Shown here in pieces: positions 37,154 to 47,045 of a stretch of 62,517 nt of DNA (position 1 is its first letter; each line of letters opens with the position of its first letter). The notes below the pieces were generated by a model that did not search any database, was not told the DNA's origin, and saw only the letters and a program-made list of their open reading frames with translations. Made by a program: the position numbers and the translations under genes. The stretch is from NCBI GenBank assembly GCA_025933935.1, contig JAICYZ010000001.1, positions 1-62,517 on the forward strand, written 5' to 3'. This stretch comes from Chitinophagaceae bacterium (GTDB lineage Bacteria > Bacteroidota > Bacteroidia > Chitinophagales > Chitinophagaceae).

Positions 37154-38479
37154 ATGAAAAAAGAAAAATATTCTTTAGAAAACATACTCATCAATTTAAA
37201 AATTGACGCGCTTAATGAAATGCAACTTGCAGCAATAGACGCAAATAAAAAAGATGAAGACATCATTTTACTTTCCGCAACGGGCTCAGGAAAAACGCTG
37301 GCATTTTTATTACCGATTCTCGAAAATATCGACGCGGAAAATAAAAATACTCAGGCGCTGATCGTTGTTCCTTCCCGCGAACTGGCGACGCAAATAGAAC
37401 AGGTTTTTAAAACAATGGGAACAGGAAATAAAATCACCTCAACTTATGGTGGGCACAAAAGAGAGATTGAAGAGAACAACCTCATACAACCTCCGGCTAT
37501 AATTGTTGGCACGCCAGGAAGGCTAGGCGACCATATCCGAAGAGGAAATATTACGGTGGACTCTATAGCCACATTGGTGTTGGATGAGTTTGATAAATCG
37601 CTTGAGTTGGGGTTTTTAGAAGAAATGAAATTTATTATCCAATCACTTAAAAACGTTCAGAAAAAAATTCTTACTTCCGCTACGGATGCTGTAGAAATAC
37701 CGGATTTTATTGTTTTGAAAAATGCACAAAGAATTAATTTTTTAACGCCTGGAGAAGAGGCGGAACGCCTTGCGGTTAAATCAGTCTTGTCTGACGATAA
37801 AGATAAATCTGAAACACTTTTTAAATTGCTCTGCTATCTGGGAAACCGCTCTACTATTGTCTTTTGCAATCATCGTGAGGCAGTGGAACGCACCAGTAAC
37901 TTGCTTTCAGAAAAAGGGATTTACAATGAGTTTTATCACGGGGGAATGGAGCAGCAAGAAAGAGACAGTGCTTTATCAAAATTCAGAAATGGAACTACCA
38001 ATATTTTAATAACAACCGATCTTGCTTCGCGCGGACTAGACATCGCAAACATCCGCTACATCATCCATTATCATTTACCACTTTCTGAAGATGCCTTCAC
38101 TCACCGCAATGGACGCACTGCACGAATGGAAGCGAGCGGAACTGCCATTCTTATTTTAAATGGTGAAGAAAAATTACCGTCTTACATTGATGAAAAGGTA
38201 GAGCAGATAATGCTTCCGGAAGAAACTATTTTGCCTGAAAAACCAAAATGGGCGACACTTTTTATTGCCGCCGGCAAGAAAGACAAAGTGAACAAAGTCG
38301 ACATCGTTGGATTTCTTACCAACAAAGGTGAGCTAAAAAAGGATGACATCGGGCTGATAGAAGTGAAAGATTTTTTCTCTTTTGTTGCCATTCGCAAAAG
38401 TAAAATGAACCACACACTTCACGTCATAAAAGATCAAAAGATCAAGAATAAAAAAGTGAAAATGGAAGTGGCCAAATAG
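37154..38479 (+). CDS. dbpA: DEAD-box RNA helicase, DbpA-like
   Basis: ATGSGKT, PSRELA.Q, GTPGR, DEFD, SAT, HRNGRTAR, C-terminal GKKDKV...DIVG RNA-binding domain. Confidence 0.82.
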   Translation: MKKEKYSLENILINLKIDALNEMQLAAIDANKKDEDIILLSATGSGKTLAFLLPILENIDAENKNTQALIVVPSRELATQIEQVFKTMGTGNKITSTYGGHKREIEENNLIQPPAIIVGTPGRLGDHIRRGNITVDSIATLVLDEFDKSLELGFLEEMKFIIQSLKNVQKKILTSATDAVEIPDFIVLKNAQRINFLTPGEEAERLAVKSVLSDDKDKSETLFKLLCYLGNRSTIVFCNHREAVERTSNLLSEKGIYNEFYHGGMEQQERDSALSKFRNGTTNILITTDLASRGLDIANIRYIIHYHLPLSEDAFTHRNGRTARMEASGTAILILNGEEKLPSYIDEKVEQIMLPEETILPEKPKWATLFIAAGKKDKVNKVDIVGFLTNKGELKKDDIGLIEVKDFFSFVAIRKSKMNHTLHVIKDQKIKNKKVKMEVAK

Positions 38480-38537
38480 GTTGAAGGTTCAATGTTTAAG
38501 CTTTAACCATCAACCTTCAACCTTGAACCTTGAACTC
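38478..38537. repeat. Inverted array of 7-nt repeats (AGGTTSA / SAACCTT) between convergent genes
   Basis: aggttga aggttca atgttta ... caacctt caacctt gaacctt gaactct; can form a hairpin. Confidence 0.65.
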
Positions 38538-38546
38538 TTTAGTTCT

Positions 38547-39458
38547 TTAAGAATTTGTTTCACCAAATAAATGCTCCGGATAAACTCCTTCTGCAATCAA
38601 TTTATGAAGGTCTTCTTTAACAGTTGGTGCATCTTCTTTATAAGTAACGCCAAACCACTGCGCAGATGTTGGAATGACTTTTATTTTCCCTTTTCCTTCA
38701 TGAATAAATGCATCCCCAATAATTGGAATAAAAAATTCGGCCTTTGGATTTTTAGAATTATCCTGTAAAAATTTGGTAAACTGTTTTTGAATAAAATCAA
38801 AAACATTCGCATCAAATCCCCAGAAATTCATGCTTACCACCGTATCCGCCGGCAAAGGAACTCTTAATGAATTTTCGATATAATATATTTTCCCTTCTTC
38901 CGGGAAAATTTTTGTACGCTCTACAATGTTTAATAAATTTCCTTCATAATCCACTTCACAAACACCGCGGCTCACACTTCCGTTTTCTGAAATTGTTTTT
39001 GCCAGTTCATAACCAATGATGCAATATTCTTTTTCTGAAACATCTTCGTTCAGAAATTTGACCGCTTTATCAAAAGCGTCTCTTCCATAAAAATCATCAG
39101 CATTAATTACTGCAAATGGTTCATGAATGACTTCTTTCGCACAAAGAACTGCATGTGCTGTCCCCCAAGGTTTGGAACGCTCTTCAGGCACCTGGAATCC
39201 GTCAATATAAGAATCCATTTCCTGCATCACATATTCTGTTTGAATTTTACCTTTTAATTTCGGTTCAAATAAATTTTTAAAATCTTCTGCGAAGGATTTA
39301 CGGATAATAAAAACAACTTTTCCAAATCCTGCTGTTATTGCATCATAAATGGAATAATCAATAATTGTTTCTCCATTAGGACCAAAAGAATCCATCTGTT
39401 TGATGCCACCGTAACGGCTTCCCATTCCTGCTGCCAAAACTAAAAGTGTAGGTTTCAT
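38547..39458 (-). CDS. Sugar-phosphate nucleotidyltransferase family protein
   Basis: LAAGMGSRYGG.KQ, KPWGTAHAV, INADDFYG, SMNFWGF, WFGVTY. Confidence 0.85.
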   Translation of the reverse strand: MKPTLLVLAAGMGSRYGGIKQMDSFGPNGETIIDYSIYDAITAGFGKVVFIIRKSFAEDFKNLFEPKLKGKIQTEYVMQEMDSYIDGFQVPEERSKPWGTAHAVLCAKEVIHEPFAVINADDFYGRDAFDKAVKFLNEDVSEKEYCIIGYELAKTISENGSVSRGVCEVDYEGNLLNIVERTKIFPEEGKIYYIENSLRVPLPADTVVSMNFWGFDANVFDFIQKQFTKFLQDNSKNPKAEFFIPIIGDAFIHEGKGKIKVIPTSAQWFGVTYKEDAPTVKEDLHKLIAEGVYPEHLFGETNS

Positions 39459-39527
39459 TTTATATAAATTATGTTTTTAAAAGTTATTGAATAATTTAAT
39501 TTGCGCGAAAATAAGCAAGAAAGATTT

Positions 39528-40460
39528 ATGCCACATTCGCTTATAAAAGATGTACTACCGGAAATTCATTTTAAAGAACCTGCTTTATCTAAATTAAGTG
39601 ATGATCTTTTTGACAAAAACGATTTAGAAATTTTCATGTTGCGCCTTGATGAAATTCATCCCGTTATTTCCGGAAATAAATTATTTAAGCTGATTTATTT
39701 TTTAGAAGAAGCAAAACAATCAACACATAAACAAATCATTACTTTTGGTGGTACATACTCCAATCACCTTGCTGCTACTGCGTTTGTATGCAAACAATTA
39801 AAAATAAAATCGATTGGAATGGTGCGTGGTGAAAAACCAAAAGTGCTCTCTCCTACCTTATTATTTTGTTTGGAAAATGAAATGCAACTTGAATTTGTTA
39901 GCCGCGATTGTTATAAAAAAATAAATGAAAAAGATTTTTTGAAAGAAATAGAAAATATATATGGCGAGCACATTTTAATTCCTGAAGGCGGATTTTCAAT
40001 AAAAGGGAAAGAAGGTGCCGGATTGATCCATCAATATTTCAGTGATAAAAATTTTACTCATGTTTGTTTGCCCGTTGGTACAGCAACAACCTTTGCAGGG
40101 CTTGTTGATTCGAATAAAAATGAAACAGAAATTATGGGTTTCAGTGTATTAAAAAACTTAAACGATATTGAAAAAAGATTTGAAGAGTTGAAGGTAAATC
40201 GGCAGAAAAAATATTCCTTTATCAGTGATTATCATTTCGGCGGTTATGCTAAAAAAACAGATGAATTACTTTTCTTCATGAAAACTTTTTATCAGGAAAA
40301 TAAAATTGAACTTGATTTTGTTTATACCGCAAAAATGATGGTTGGTGTAAGGGATTTGATTCAAAAAAACTACTTCGTTGCTGGCTCAAAAATTTTATGC
40401 ATTCACACTGGAGGCTTGCAGGGAAATACTTCTTTGGCCACCTTAGATTTTTTTGTTTAA
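39528..40460 (+). CDS. D-cysteine desulfhydrase / ACC deaminase-family PLP enzyme
   Basis: ISGNK.FKL, TFGG.YSNH, IPEGG, GTATT, YHFGGYAK, LD.VYTAKM, IHTGGLQG. Confidence 0.85.
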   Translation: MPHSLIKDVLPEIHFKEPALSKLSDDLFDKNDLEIFMLRLDEIHPVISGNKLFKLIYFLEEAKQSTHKQIITFGGTYSNHLAATAFVCKQLKIKSIGMVRGEKPKVLSPTLLFCLENEMQLEFVSRDCYKKINEKDFLKEIENIYGEHILIPEGGFSIKGKEGAGLIHQYFSDKNFTHVCLPVGTATTFAGLVDSNKNETEIMGFSVLKNLNDIEKRFEELKVNRQKKYSFISDYHFGGYAKKTDELLFFMKTFYQENKIELDFVYTAKMMVGVRDLIQKNYFVAGSKILCIHTGGLQGNTSLATLDFFV

Positions 40461-40537
40461 CGTTTGCAGTAAAAGGATAAATAAAGCGATTTCTTGTTTT
40501 CTTTAACGCTTCTGTTGCCGTTTCCGCCGACAGTTGT

Positions 40538-41008
40538 TTAAATGATCTCCATCGTTTTATTGTTACCGTTCCTTCTTTTTGACCAGTCATCCCATGTCAT
40601 TTCAAATTTTATTTCACCGTTCGCATGCGTTCCAATTTCTGTCCAACCGGCATTTCTGTAAAATGTTTCAGCTCTTGTATGCGGCGATGTGCCTAACCAA
40701 ACATTTTTCTTACTCTCGCTAAAATACCAATCTAACATGATGTCGTGCAAAATCCTTCCAATCCCTTGTTTCTCAAACTCCGGACGCACAAATAAAGCCC
40801 AGATGTTACACCCTTTCAGGTCTGCAATAGAAAATCCTACTATATGATCATTGATTTGGCAAACCCAGCCTTTTCCTCTTTCAGTCAAGAACATTTTACA
40901 ATCTTCGTCTGTTACAAGATTTGGATTTGAAAGCCTGTTTTCCTTTACAGAATTTCTTACAAATTGTATTTGCCTAATGTCATCAATAATTGCTTCTCTT
41001 ATGATCAT
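40538..41008 (-). CDS. GNAT N-acetyltransferase
   Basis: IWALFV.P..EKQGIG, AETFY..AGW. Confidence 0.85.
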   Translation of the reverse strand: MIIREAIIDDIRQIQFVRNSVKENRLSNPNLVTDEDCKMFLTERGKGWVCQINDHIVGFSIADLKGCNIWALFVRPEFEKQGIGRILHDIMLDWYFSESKKNVWLGTSPHTRAETFYRNAGWTEIGTHANGEIKFEMTWDDWSKRRNGNNKTMEII

Positions 41009-41226
41009 TTTAATTATTGTTATTGAGCAAAGGATTACACCGATTTTACCGAATTAATTTTTTTTGTAAAAAACTGATTGGTTGATTTAATAGAAATTAT
41101 TTTCCATCCAGTTTCCACAGTTAGAATTTGCAGTAGAAAAATAAATAAGGCGGATTTCTATTTTCTAAAAGCACATGCAATAAGGAATCGTTATCCCTGG
41201 GTCGCCAGTAGCTGCTGCCGTCTCTT

Positions 41227-41838
41227 CTATTTCAAATAAAGCGAATCCATATTTTCACCGCAATGGAGCATTGCCGATTTATATTCCGGATGTTTTTTGC
41301 CAAGATATGGATTGAGAATTTCTGAAGTATTGCTTAGCCAGTTTGCTGGTTTATCATCGCCGAAAGCCATCGGACAATTTTGCCAGTATAATTTCGGCCC
41401 TTCATAGCCAATAGTTTTTAAAAGCGGGTATAAGTTTTCAGAAACCATACTAAAATCATGGCGCATTTCTGTTATATCACTTTCTTTCAAAATCGGTTCT
41501 GCATTTGCTTTGATGTCGCTTATGTTTTGTTGGGCCGCGGTAAATAAAGAAGAATCTTTTTCATGTAACTCGCTTAGGCTCAGGCTATCTGTTGAAGCAA
41601 GAAACTGGGCGGTTTTAGCTTTAATTGCCATGGTATCTGCATCAACAAAAGCATTTTTCATTTCAACGTAGGCATTCATCATTGAGGTGATTTTCTCATT
41701 GAATTCACTCGAATGTTTTGGCGCCCCAGTAGTTTGTTTTTGAGTTGTAATGCTTTCTGTTTTTTCAGTTTTAAAAAATAAAAACCATACAGCTAATAAA
41801 ATAATGATCAAAAAAACAACTGCTAGAACCCGTTTCAT
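41227..41838 (-). CDS. DUF3347-domain protein
   Basis: N-terminal anchor, Y...K.A.V..D, R..F..VS, CPMAF, WLS...I.NPY.G..ML.CG. Confidence 0.8.
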   Translation of the reverse strand: MKRVLAVVFLIIILLAVWFLFFKTEKTESITTQKQTTGAPKHSSEFNEKITSMMNAYVEMKNAFVDADTMAIKAKTAQFLASTDSLSLSELHEKDSSLFTAAQQNISDIKANAEPILKESDITEMRHDFSMVSENLYPLLKTIGYEGPKLYWQNCPMAFGDDKPANWLSNTSEILNPYLGKKHPEYKSAMLHCGENMDSLYLK

Positions 41839-41871
41839 TTTCTTATATTTTAATTAAAAAAATCAATCCTT

Positions 41872-43071
41872 TTAAGAAAGTTTTTCCAAGCCACTTTTTA
41901 TTCTTTTAAAACCTTCTTCAATATTTTCCATGCTATTTGCAAAAGAAATTCTGATGTAACCAGGTTGTCCAAAAGCATCTCCTGATACTGTGGAAACATG
42001 AGCTTCGTTTAAAAGATACATAGAAAGATCGCTGGCATTATTGATCACTTGTCCGTTAAAGTTTTTTCCTAAATAATAACGCACATCCGGAAAAACATAA
42101 AATGCACCTTCAGGCTCTACACACTTGATATGTGGCATTTCTTTCAATAATTCCAAAACCCTTTTTCTACGCCGTTTAAATTCTTCTACCATTTTAAAGG
42201 TAGCATCGAGCGGAGAGTCCAAAGCTGTGACAGCAGCCCGTTGGGTAATGGAATTGGTACCGCTTGTTATCTGTCCCTGCACTTTCTGATTGGCTTTCGC
42301 AATTTCAACATTGGAAGCGGTATATCCCAATCTCCATCCGGTCATAGCAAAACCTTTGCTCAAACCGTTTATAATGATCACCCGGTCTTTTACATCCGGA
42401 AACTGTGCAATGCTTTCATATCTTCCGCCTTCGTGTGAATAATTAATGTATTCATAAATCTCATCGCTGATGATGTAAACATCCGCATGTTTTGCAAATA
42501 CTTTTGCAAGTGCTTGCAATTCATCCTTAGTATAAGTAGCTCCGGTTGGGTTACAAGGTGACGAGAATATGAACAATTTTGTTTTTTCCGTGATTGCTTG
42601 TTCCAATTGCTCAGGGGTCAATTTAAATCCACTTTCAGGAGTTGTACTTATAAATACAACTTTTGCACGAGTCATTCTCGCAATTTCAGAATAAGATACC
42701 CAATAAGGAGTTGGAATTATGATCTCATCATCATCAAAAAGAATGCTGAACATGGTATTGGCGATGCATTGTTTTGCTCCGGTACTTACCACAATTTGAT
42801 TCGGCTGATAATCCAATCCGTTATCGCGTTTTAATTTTTTGCAAATCGCTTCTTTTAATTCGATATAGCCGGCAACCGGAGTATAATGACTCCAGTTTTC
42901 ATCAATTGCTTTTTTGGCAGCGTCTCTGATATGTTCAGGTGTATTAAAATCCGGCTCGCCAAGGCTTAGGTCAATAACTTTAATTCCTTTTGCTCTTAAT
43001 TCGCGGCCGAGCTGAGCCATTTTGAGGGTTTCTGGTTCGTTAAATTTGCTGAGAAGGGCGGAAAGTTGCAT
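41872..43071 (-). CDS. aspC: Aspartate aminotransferase (class I/II PLP)
   Basis: SLGEPDF.TP, GAKQ, PYWVSY, SPCNPTG, SDEIYE, SKGFAMTGWRLG, GAFY.F. Confidence 0.9.
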   Translation of the reverse strand: MQLSALLSKFNEPETLKMAQLGRELRAKGIKVIDLSLGEPDFNTPEHIRDAAKKAIDENWSHYTPVAGYIELKEAICKKLKRDNGLDYQPNQIVVSTGAKQCIANTMFSILFDDDEIIIPTPYWVSYSEIARMTRAKVVFISTTPESGFKLTPEQLEQAITEKTKLFIFSSPCNPTGATYTKDELQALAKVFAKHADVYIISDEIYEYINYSHEGGRYESIAQFPDVKDRVIIINGLSKGFAMTGWRLGYTASNVEIAKANQKVQGQITSGTNSITQRAAVTALDSPLDATFKMVEEFKRRRKRVLELLKEMPHIKCVEPEGAFYVFPDVRYYLGKNFNGQVINNASDLSMYLLNEAHVSTVSGDAFGQPGYIRISFANSMENIEEGFKRIKSGLEKLS

Positions 43072-43296
43072 GTTTAAATTTTTAAAATCTGCGCAAAAGT
43101 ACGGCTTTGGCAGTTTTTGATTTAATATTTATGATTTTTTCATTTATGATTTTTGGAAATCCAATCTTTGACAAAGACGGCTTCGACTATTAACTATTTA
43201 CTTTTGATTATTTGCCCTTTAACCGATAATTTTGCATCTCATTTTTGAAAATAGATTAAAGAAATTTTCAAAGCATTTTAAAACTAAAGTTTACTG

Positions 43297-44280
43297 ATGA
43301 AAGAAGTTGCATTCAGAGAAGCATTGCGCGAAGCAATGCAGGAAGAAATGAGGCGTGATGAAAAGGTGTTTTTAATGGGAGAAGAAGTTGCCGAATACCA
43401 GGGCGCATATAAAGTAAGCCAGGGAATGTTGCAGGAGTTTGGCGAAAAAAGAGTGATTGATACGCCAATTTCTGAGCTTGGATTCACCGGAGTAGCTGTT
43501 GGTGCTGCACAGAACGGTCTTCGCCCAATTGTAGAATATATGACCTGGAATTTTGCCAATCTTGCACTTGATCAGATTTTAAATACGGCTTCTAAAATGT
43601 TGGCGATGAGCGGAGGACAGGTTGGTTGCCCAATCGTGTTTCGCGGGCCGAACGGAAGCGCCGGTCAATTGGGAGCTCAGCATTCTACTGCTTATGAATC
43701 CATGTATGCAAATATTCCCGGTTTGAAAGTGATTTCTGTCAGCAATCCTTACGATGCAAAAGGTTTATTAAAAAGCGCGATTCGTGATAATGACCCGGTT
43801 ATTTTTATGGAAAGCGAAGTGATGTACGGCGATAAGGGAATGATTCCTGAGGAAGAATACGTCATTCCTATTGGCAAAGCAAAAGTGGCGCGTGAAGGAA
43901 CAGATGTAACGATTGTTTCCTTTAACAAGATGATGAAAGTAGCGCTGCACGCTGCTGAAGAGTTACAAAAAGAAAACATAAGCGCAGAAGTAATTGATTT
44001 AAGAACCATTCGTCCACTTGACTGGCATACCATTTTAGAATCAGTAAAAAAGACAAACCGTTTGGTAATCGTGGAAGAACAATGGCCATTTGCTTCCATT
44101 TCTTCTGAAATAGCCTACCGCATTCAAAAAGAAGGTTTTGATTATTTAGATGCGCCGGTTCGCAGAATTACTTCTCTGGATGCACCGATGCATTATGCGC
44201 CAAATCTAGTTGCGCTTTATTTGCCGGATGTTCCCAGAACCGTGAACCTTGTAAAGGAAGTAATGTATTTAAAAAAATAA
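43297..44280 (+). CDS. pdhB: Pyruvate dehydrogenase E1 beta subunit
   Basis: GEEVAEYQGAYKVS, DTPISE.GF.G, FRGPNG..G..GAQHS, IDLRTIRPLD; TAATTTTG box at 43227-43234. Confidence 0.95.
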   Translation: MKEVAFREALREAMQEEMRRDEKVFLMGEEVAEYQGAYKVSQGMLQEFGEKRVIDTPISELGFTGVAVGAAQNGLRPIVEYMTWNFANLALDQILNTASKMLAMSGGQVGCPIVFRGPNGSAGQLGAQHSTAYESMYANIPGLKVISVSNPYDAKGLLKSAIRDNDPVIFMESEVMYGDKGMIPEEEYVIPIGKAKVAREGTDVTIVSFNKMMKVALHAAEELQKENISAEVIDLRTIRPLDWHTILESVKKTNRLVIVEEQWPFASISSEIAYRIQKEGFDYLDAPVRRITSLDAPMHYAPNLVALYLPDVPRTVNLVKEVMYLKK

Positions 44281-44284
44281 TTTT

Positions 44285-44308
44285 AGGGCCGCATCATTGC
44301 GGCCTCTT
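44285..44308 (+). terminator. Hairpin after pdhB
   Basis: GGCCGCA-tcat-TGCGGCC; weak T tail. Confidence 0.5.
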
Positions 44309-44356
44309 AATTTATCGTTTAATTTATCCCGGTTTTTAGGGAAAAAATAATTCATT

Positions 44357-45988
44357 ATGAATATTGGAAATTTTCATTACCCGCTTCCATCAAATGAACC
44401 GGTGCTGAGCTACTCGCCCGGAAGCAGCGAAAGAGCGCTTTTAAAAAAATCAATAGCAGATTTAAAGAGTAAAAAAATTGATGTGCCCATGTACATCGGA
44501 AGTGAAGAAGTTTTTACAGAAAAAAAAGTAGAAATACGCCCTCCACATGAGAGAAATTTTGTGTTGGGAACTTATAATGAAGGCGACGCTTCTCATGTGG
44601 AAAAAGCCATTAATGCAGCATTACAAGCGAAAGATGCATGGGCCAATTTGAGCTGGGAAAACCGTGCGAATATTTTTTTAAAAGCCGCTGATTTAATTGC
44701 TTTGAAATACCGGGCAGAAATGTGTGCGACAACCATGCTTGGCCAAAGCAAAAATCCATACCAGGCAGAGATTGATGCTGCATGCGAACTCATAGATTTT
44801 TTAAGATTTAATGTTCATTTCTTAAGTGAAATATATAGTCAGCAACCCATTAGTTCTCCCGGTGTGAATAATCGTTTGGAATACCGTCCACTTGAAGGCT
44901 TTGTATTGGCAATTACGCCTTTTAACTTCACAGCTATCGGAGGAAATTTACCAACCTCTGCTGCCTTGTGTGGAAATGTAGTTGTGTGGAAATGCGCCAA
45001 CACACAGGTTTACAGCGCACAAATGTTTATGCGTATTTTAAAAGAGGCAGGTTTGCCTGACGGCGTTATCAATTTGATTTTTGTTGATGGGCCAACTTTG
45101 GGCGATGCTTGCTTCAATCATCCTGATTTTGCAGGAATTCATTTTACCGGGAGCACCGGCGTTTTCAATACAATTTGGAAACATATTGGAGAGAATACAA
45201 AAATTTACAAATCATATCCAAGAATTGTCGGCGAAACAGGTGGAAAAGATTTTGTGATCGCACATAAAAGTGCCAACGTGGATGTATTAGTAGCAGCTCT
45301 TTGCCGCGGCGCTTTTGAATACCAGGGCCAGAAATGCTCTGCTGCTTCGCGTGCTTATATTCCTTCCAATATTGCTGATGAAGTAAAGAAAAACCTGGTA
45401 GCAGAAATAAAAAGCATGAAGATGGGAACTGTGGAAGATTTCAGCAACTTTATAAATGCAGTAATCGATGAAAAGAGTTTTGATAAATTACAGGATTATC
45501 TGCAACAAGCCGAAAAAGCTGCAGATGCAAAAATAATTGTGGGGGGAAAGTGTGATAAAACAAAAGGATATTTTATTGAACCAACAGTCATAGAAGTTAC
45601 AGACCCACAATATGTAACGATGTGCAACGAATTATTTGGTCCTGTACTGACCATTTATGTTTATGATGAAAATAAATTTGAAGAGACGCTGAATTTAGTG
45701 GATACGACTTCTCCATATGCACTTACAGGTTCTATCATTGCAGAGGATAGAAATGCCATTGAAATTGCGACAAAAAGATTAACCAATAGCGCAGGTAATT
45801 TTTATATCAATGACAAGCCAACCGGCGCGGTAGTAGGCCAGCAGCCGTTTGGAGGCGCACGTGGAAGCGGAACGAATGATAAAGCAGGAAGCATTATTAA
45901 TCTATACCGCTGGTTAAGTGCAAGGACGATTAAAGAAACTTTTATTCCCGCGACTGATTATAGGTATGCTTTTATGAAAGAGACTTGA
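44357..45988 (+). CDS. pruA: L-glutamate gamma-semialdehyde (P5C) dehydrogenase
   Basis: EIDAACELIDF, PFNFTAI, FTGST, GETGGK, FEYQGQKCSA, YINDKPTGAVVGQQPFGG. Confidence 0.95.
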   Translation: MNIGNFHYPLPSNEPVLSYSPGSSERALLKKSIADLKSKKIDVPMYIGSEEVFTEKKVEIRPPHERNFVLGTYNEGDASHVEKAINAALQAKDAWANLSWENRANIFLKAADLIALKYRAEMCATTMLGQSKNPYQAEIDAACELIDFLRFNVHFLSEIYSQQPISSPGVNNRLEYRPLEGFVLAITPFNFTAIGGNLPTSAALCGNVVVWKCANTQVYSAQMFMRILKEAGLPDGVINLIFVDGPTLGDACFNHPDFAGIHFTGSTGVFNTIWKHIGENTKIYKSYPRIVGETGGKDFVIAHKSANVDVLVAALCRGAFEYQGQKCSAASRAYIPSNIADEVKKNLVAEIKSMKMGTVEDFSNFINAVIDEKSFDKLQDYLQQAEKAADAKIIVGGKCDKTKGYFIEPTVIEVTDPQYVTMCNELFGPVLTIYVYDENKFEETLNLVDTTSPYALTGSIIAEDRNAIEIATKRLTNSAGNFYINDKPTGAVVGQQPFGGARGSGTNDKAGSIINLYRWLSARTIKETFIPATDYRYAFMKET

Positions 45989-46201
45989 TCAGTGGATTGT
46001 GAAATTTGAATGGTAGAGAATGATTGGGAAATCAGTAAAGAAACAAATAACGCAAATTTCTGTTGTTCAACCCAGATTTTTTAATATGAGATTGGGGTAT
46101 TAAAATGTAAAAATTTATCCAAAACCAACGCAAATGTTATATTTCAGGATATGCAATCTGCATATTAAAATGTAAAATTGCCATATCAAAAATGAAAGTA
46201 A

Positions 46202-46711
46202 ATGAATACCATTCTCAATAAGCACCAGCTACAAATAACCATTGAGCGACTTGCGTACCAGATAATTGAAAACTATGCTGACCTTTCTTCTGTCGCTTTG
46301 ATTGGGCTACAGCCACGTGGAATTTTTCTTGCCGATAAAATTTATAATCAATTAAAAAAAATCAAACCGGAACACGATTTTCTTTATGGAAAACTGGACA
46401 TCACTTTTTATCGCGATGATATCCGGAAGGAATTGCATGTACCAAATCAAACAGACCTTACTTTTTCTATTGAAGATAAAAATGTAATTCTGATTGATGA
46501 TGTATTATTTACCGGAAGAACCATTCGCGCTGCTTTAGATGCTTTGCTATCTTTTGGTCGGCCAAAAAAAGTAGAACTTTGCGTTTTAATCAACCGGGTC
46601 TCCAGCCGCCAACTTCCCATCCAGCCTGATTATTGCGGCAAATCCATTGACTCTATTATTACCCAAAAAGTAAAAGTAGAATGGGATAAAGAAGAAGTGA
46701 ATTTATATTAA
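46202..46711 (+). CDS. pyrR: PyrR bifunctional regulator / uracil phosphoribosyltransferase
   Basis: LDITFYRDD, LIDDVLFTGRTIRAALDAL, GRP, R.LPI.PDY.G. Confidence 0.9.
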   Translation: MNTILNKHQLQITIERLAYQIIENYADLSSVALIGLQPRGIFLADKIYNQLKKIKPEHDFLYGKLDITFYRDDIRKELHVPNQTDLTFSIEDKNVILIDDVLFTGRTIRAALDALLSFGRPKKVELCVLINRVSSRQLPIQPDYCGKSIDSIITQKVKVEWDKEEVNLY

Positions 46712-46757
46712 CATACTAGATTTATAGCTTCGGAATATTCCTCATTATGTCGAATAC

Positions 46758-46787
46758 AGTACTTAAATTCGTACTTCAATAAGTACA
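46758..46787 (+). promoter_or_regulatory. YefM-type operator: three GTAC palindromic cores at 12-bp spacing
   Basis: GTAC at 46759, 46771 and 46783, directly before the antitoxin; E. coli yefM-yoeB operators have TGTACA cores 12 bp apart. Confidence 0.7.
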
Positions 46788-46790
46788 ATC

Positions 46791-47045
46791 ACGGAAATTT
46801 TAAATTACACAGAATTTAGAAAAGAACTAAAGGCTTCTTTGGACAAAGTGGTTAATGATGAAGATGTTATTGTTGTTTCCCGCGGGAAAAACAAGAACGT
46901 TGTCGTTATTTCTTTGAATGAATATACTGCTTTGGAAGAAATAATGTATTTATTAAGCACTGAAAAAAATAGAAAAAGATTACAGCAATCGATAACTGAG
47001 ATGGAAAAAGGGAAATTTTCTTCACATTCATTAATTGAAGATTAA
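46791..47045 (+). pseudogene. yefM: Phd/YefM antitoxin with start codon apparently mutated ATG to ACG
   Basis: From ACG at 46791 (in frame with the track ORF at 46839): (M)EILNYTEFRKELKASLDKVVND...VVVISLNEY..LEE..YLLS...N..RL. Confidence 0.78.

Noticed and set aside
43284-44099. Antisense ORFs over pdhB, and similar ones over mutS, sucC, capD and the ABC genes (e.g. 27055-27534, 60448-60963)
   Set aside because: Shadow frames of strongly conserved genes, with no motifs or independent expression signals
45989-46201. PyrR-binding attenuator upstream of pyrR
   Set aside because: No AGUCCAGAGAGG-like binding loop or terminator/antiterminator pair visible
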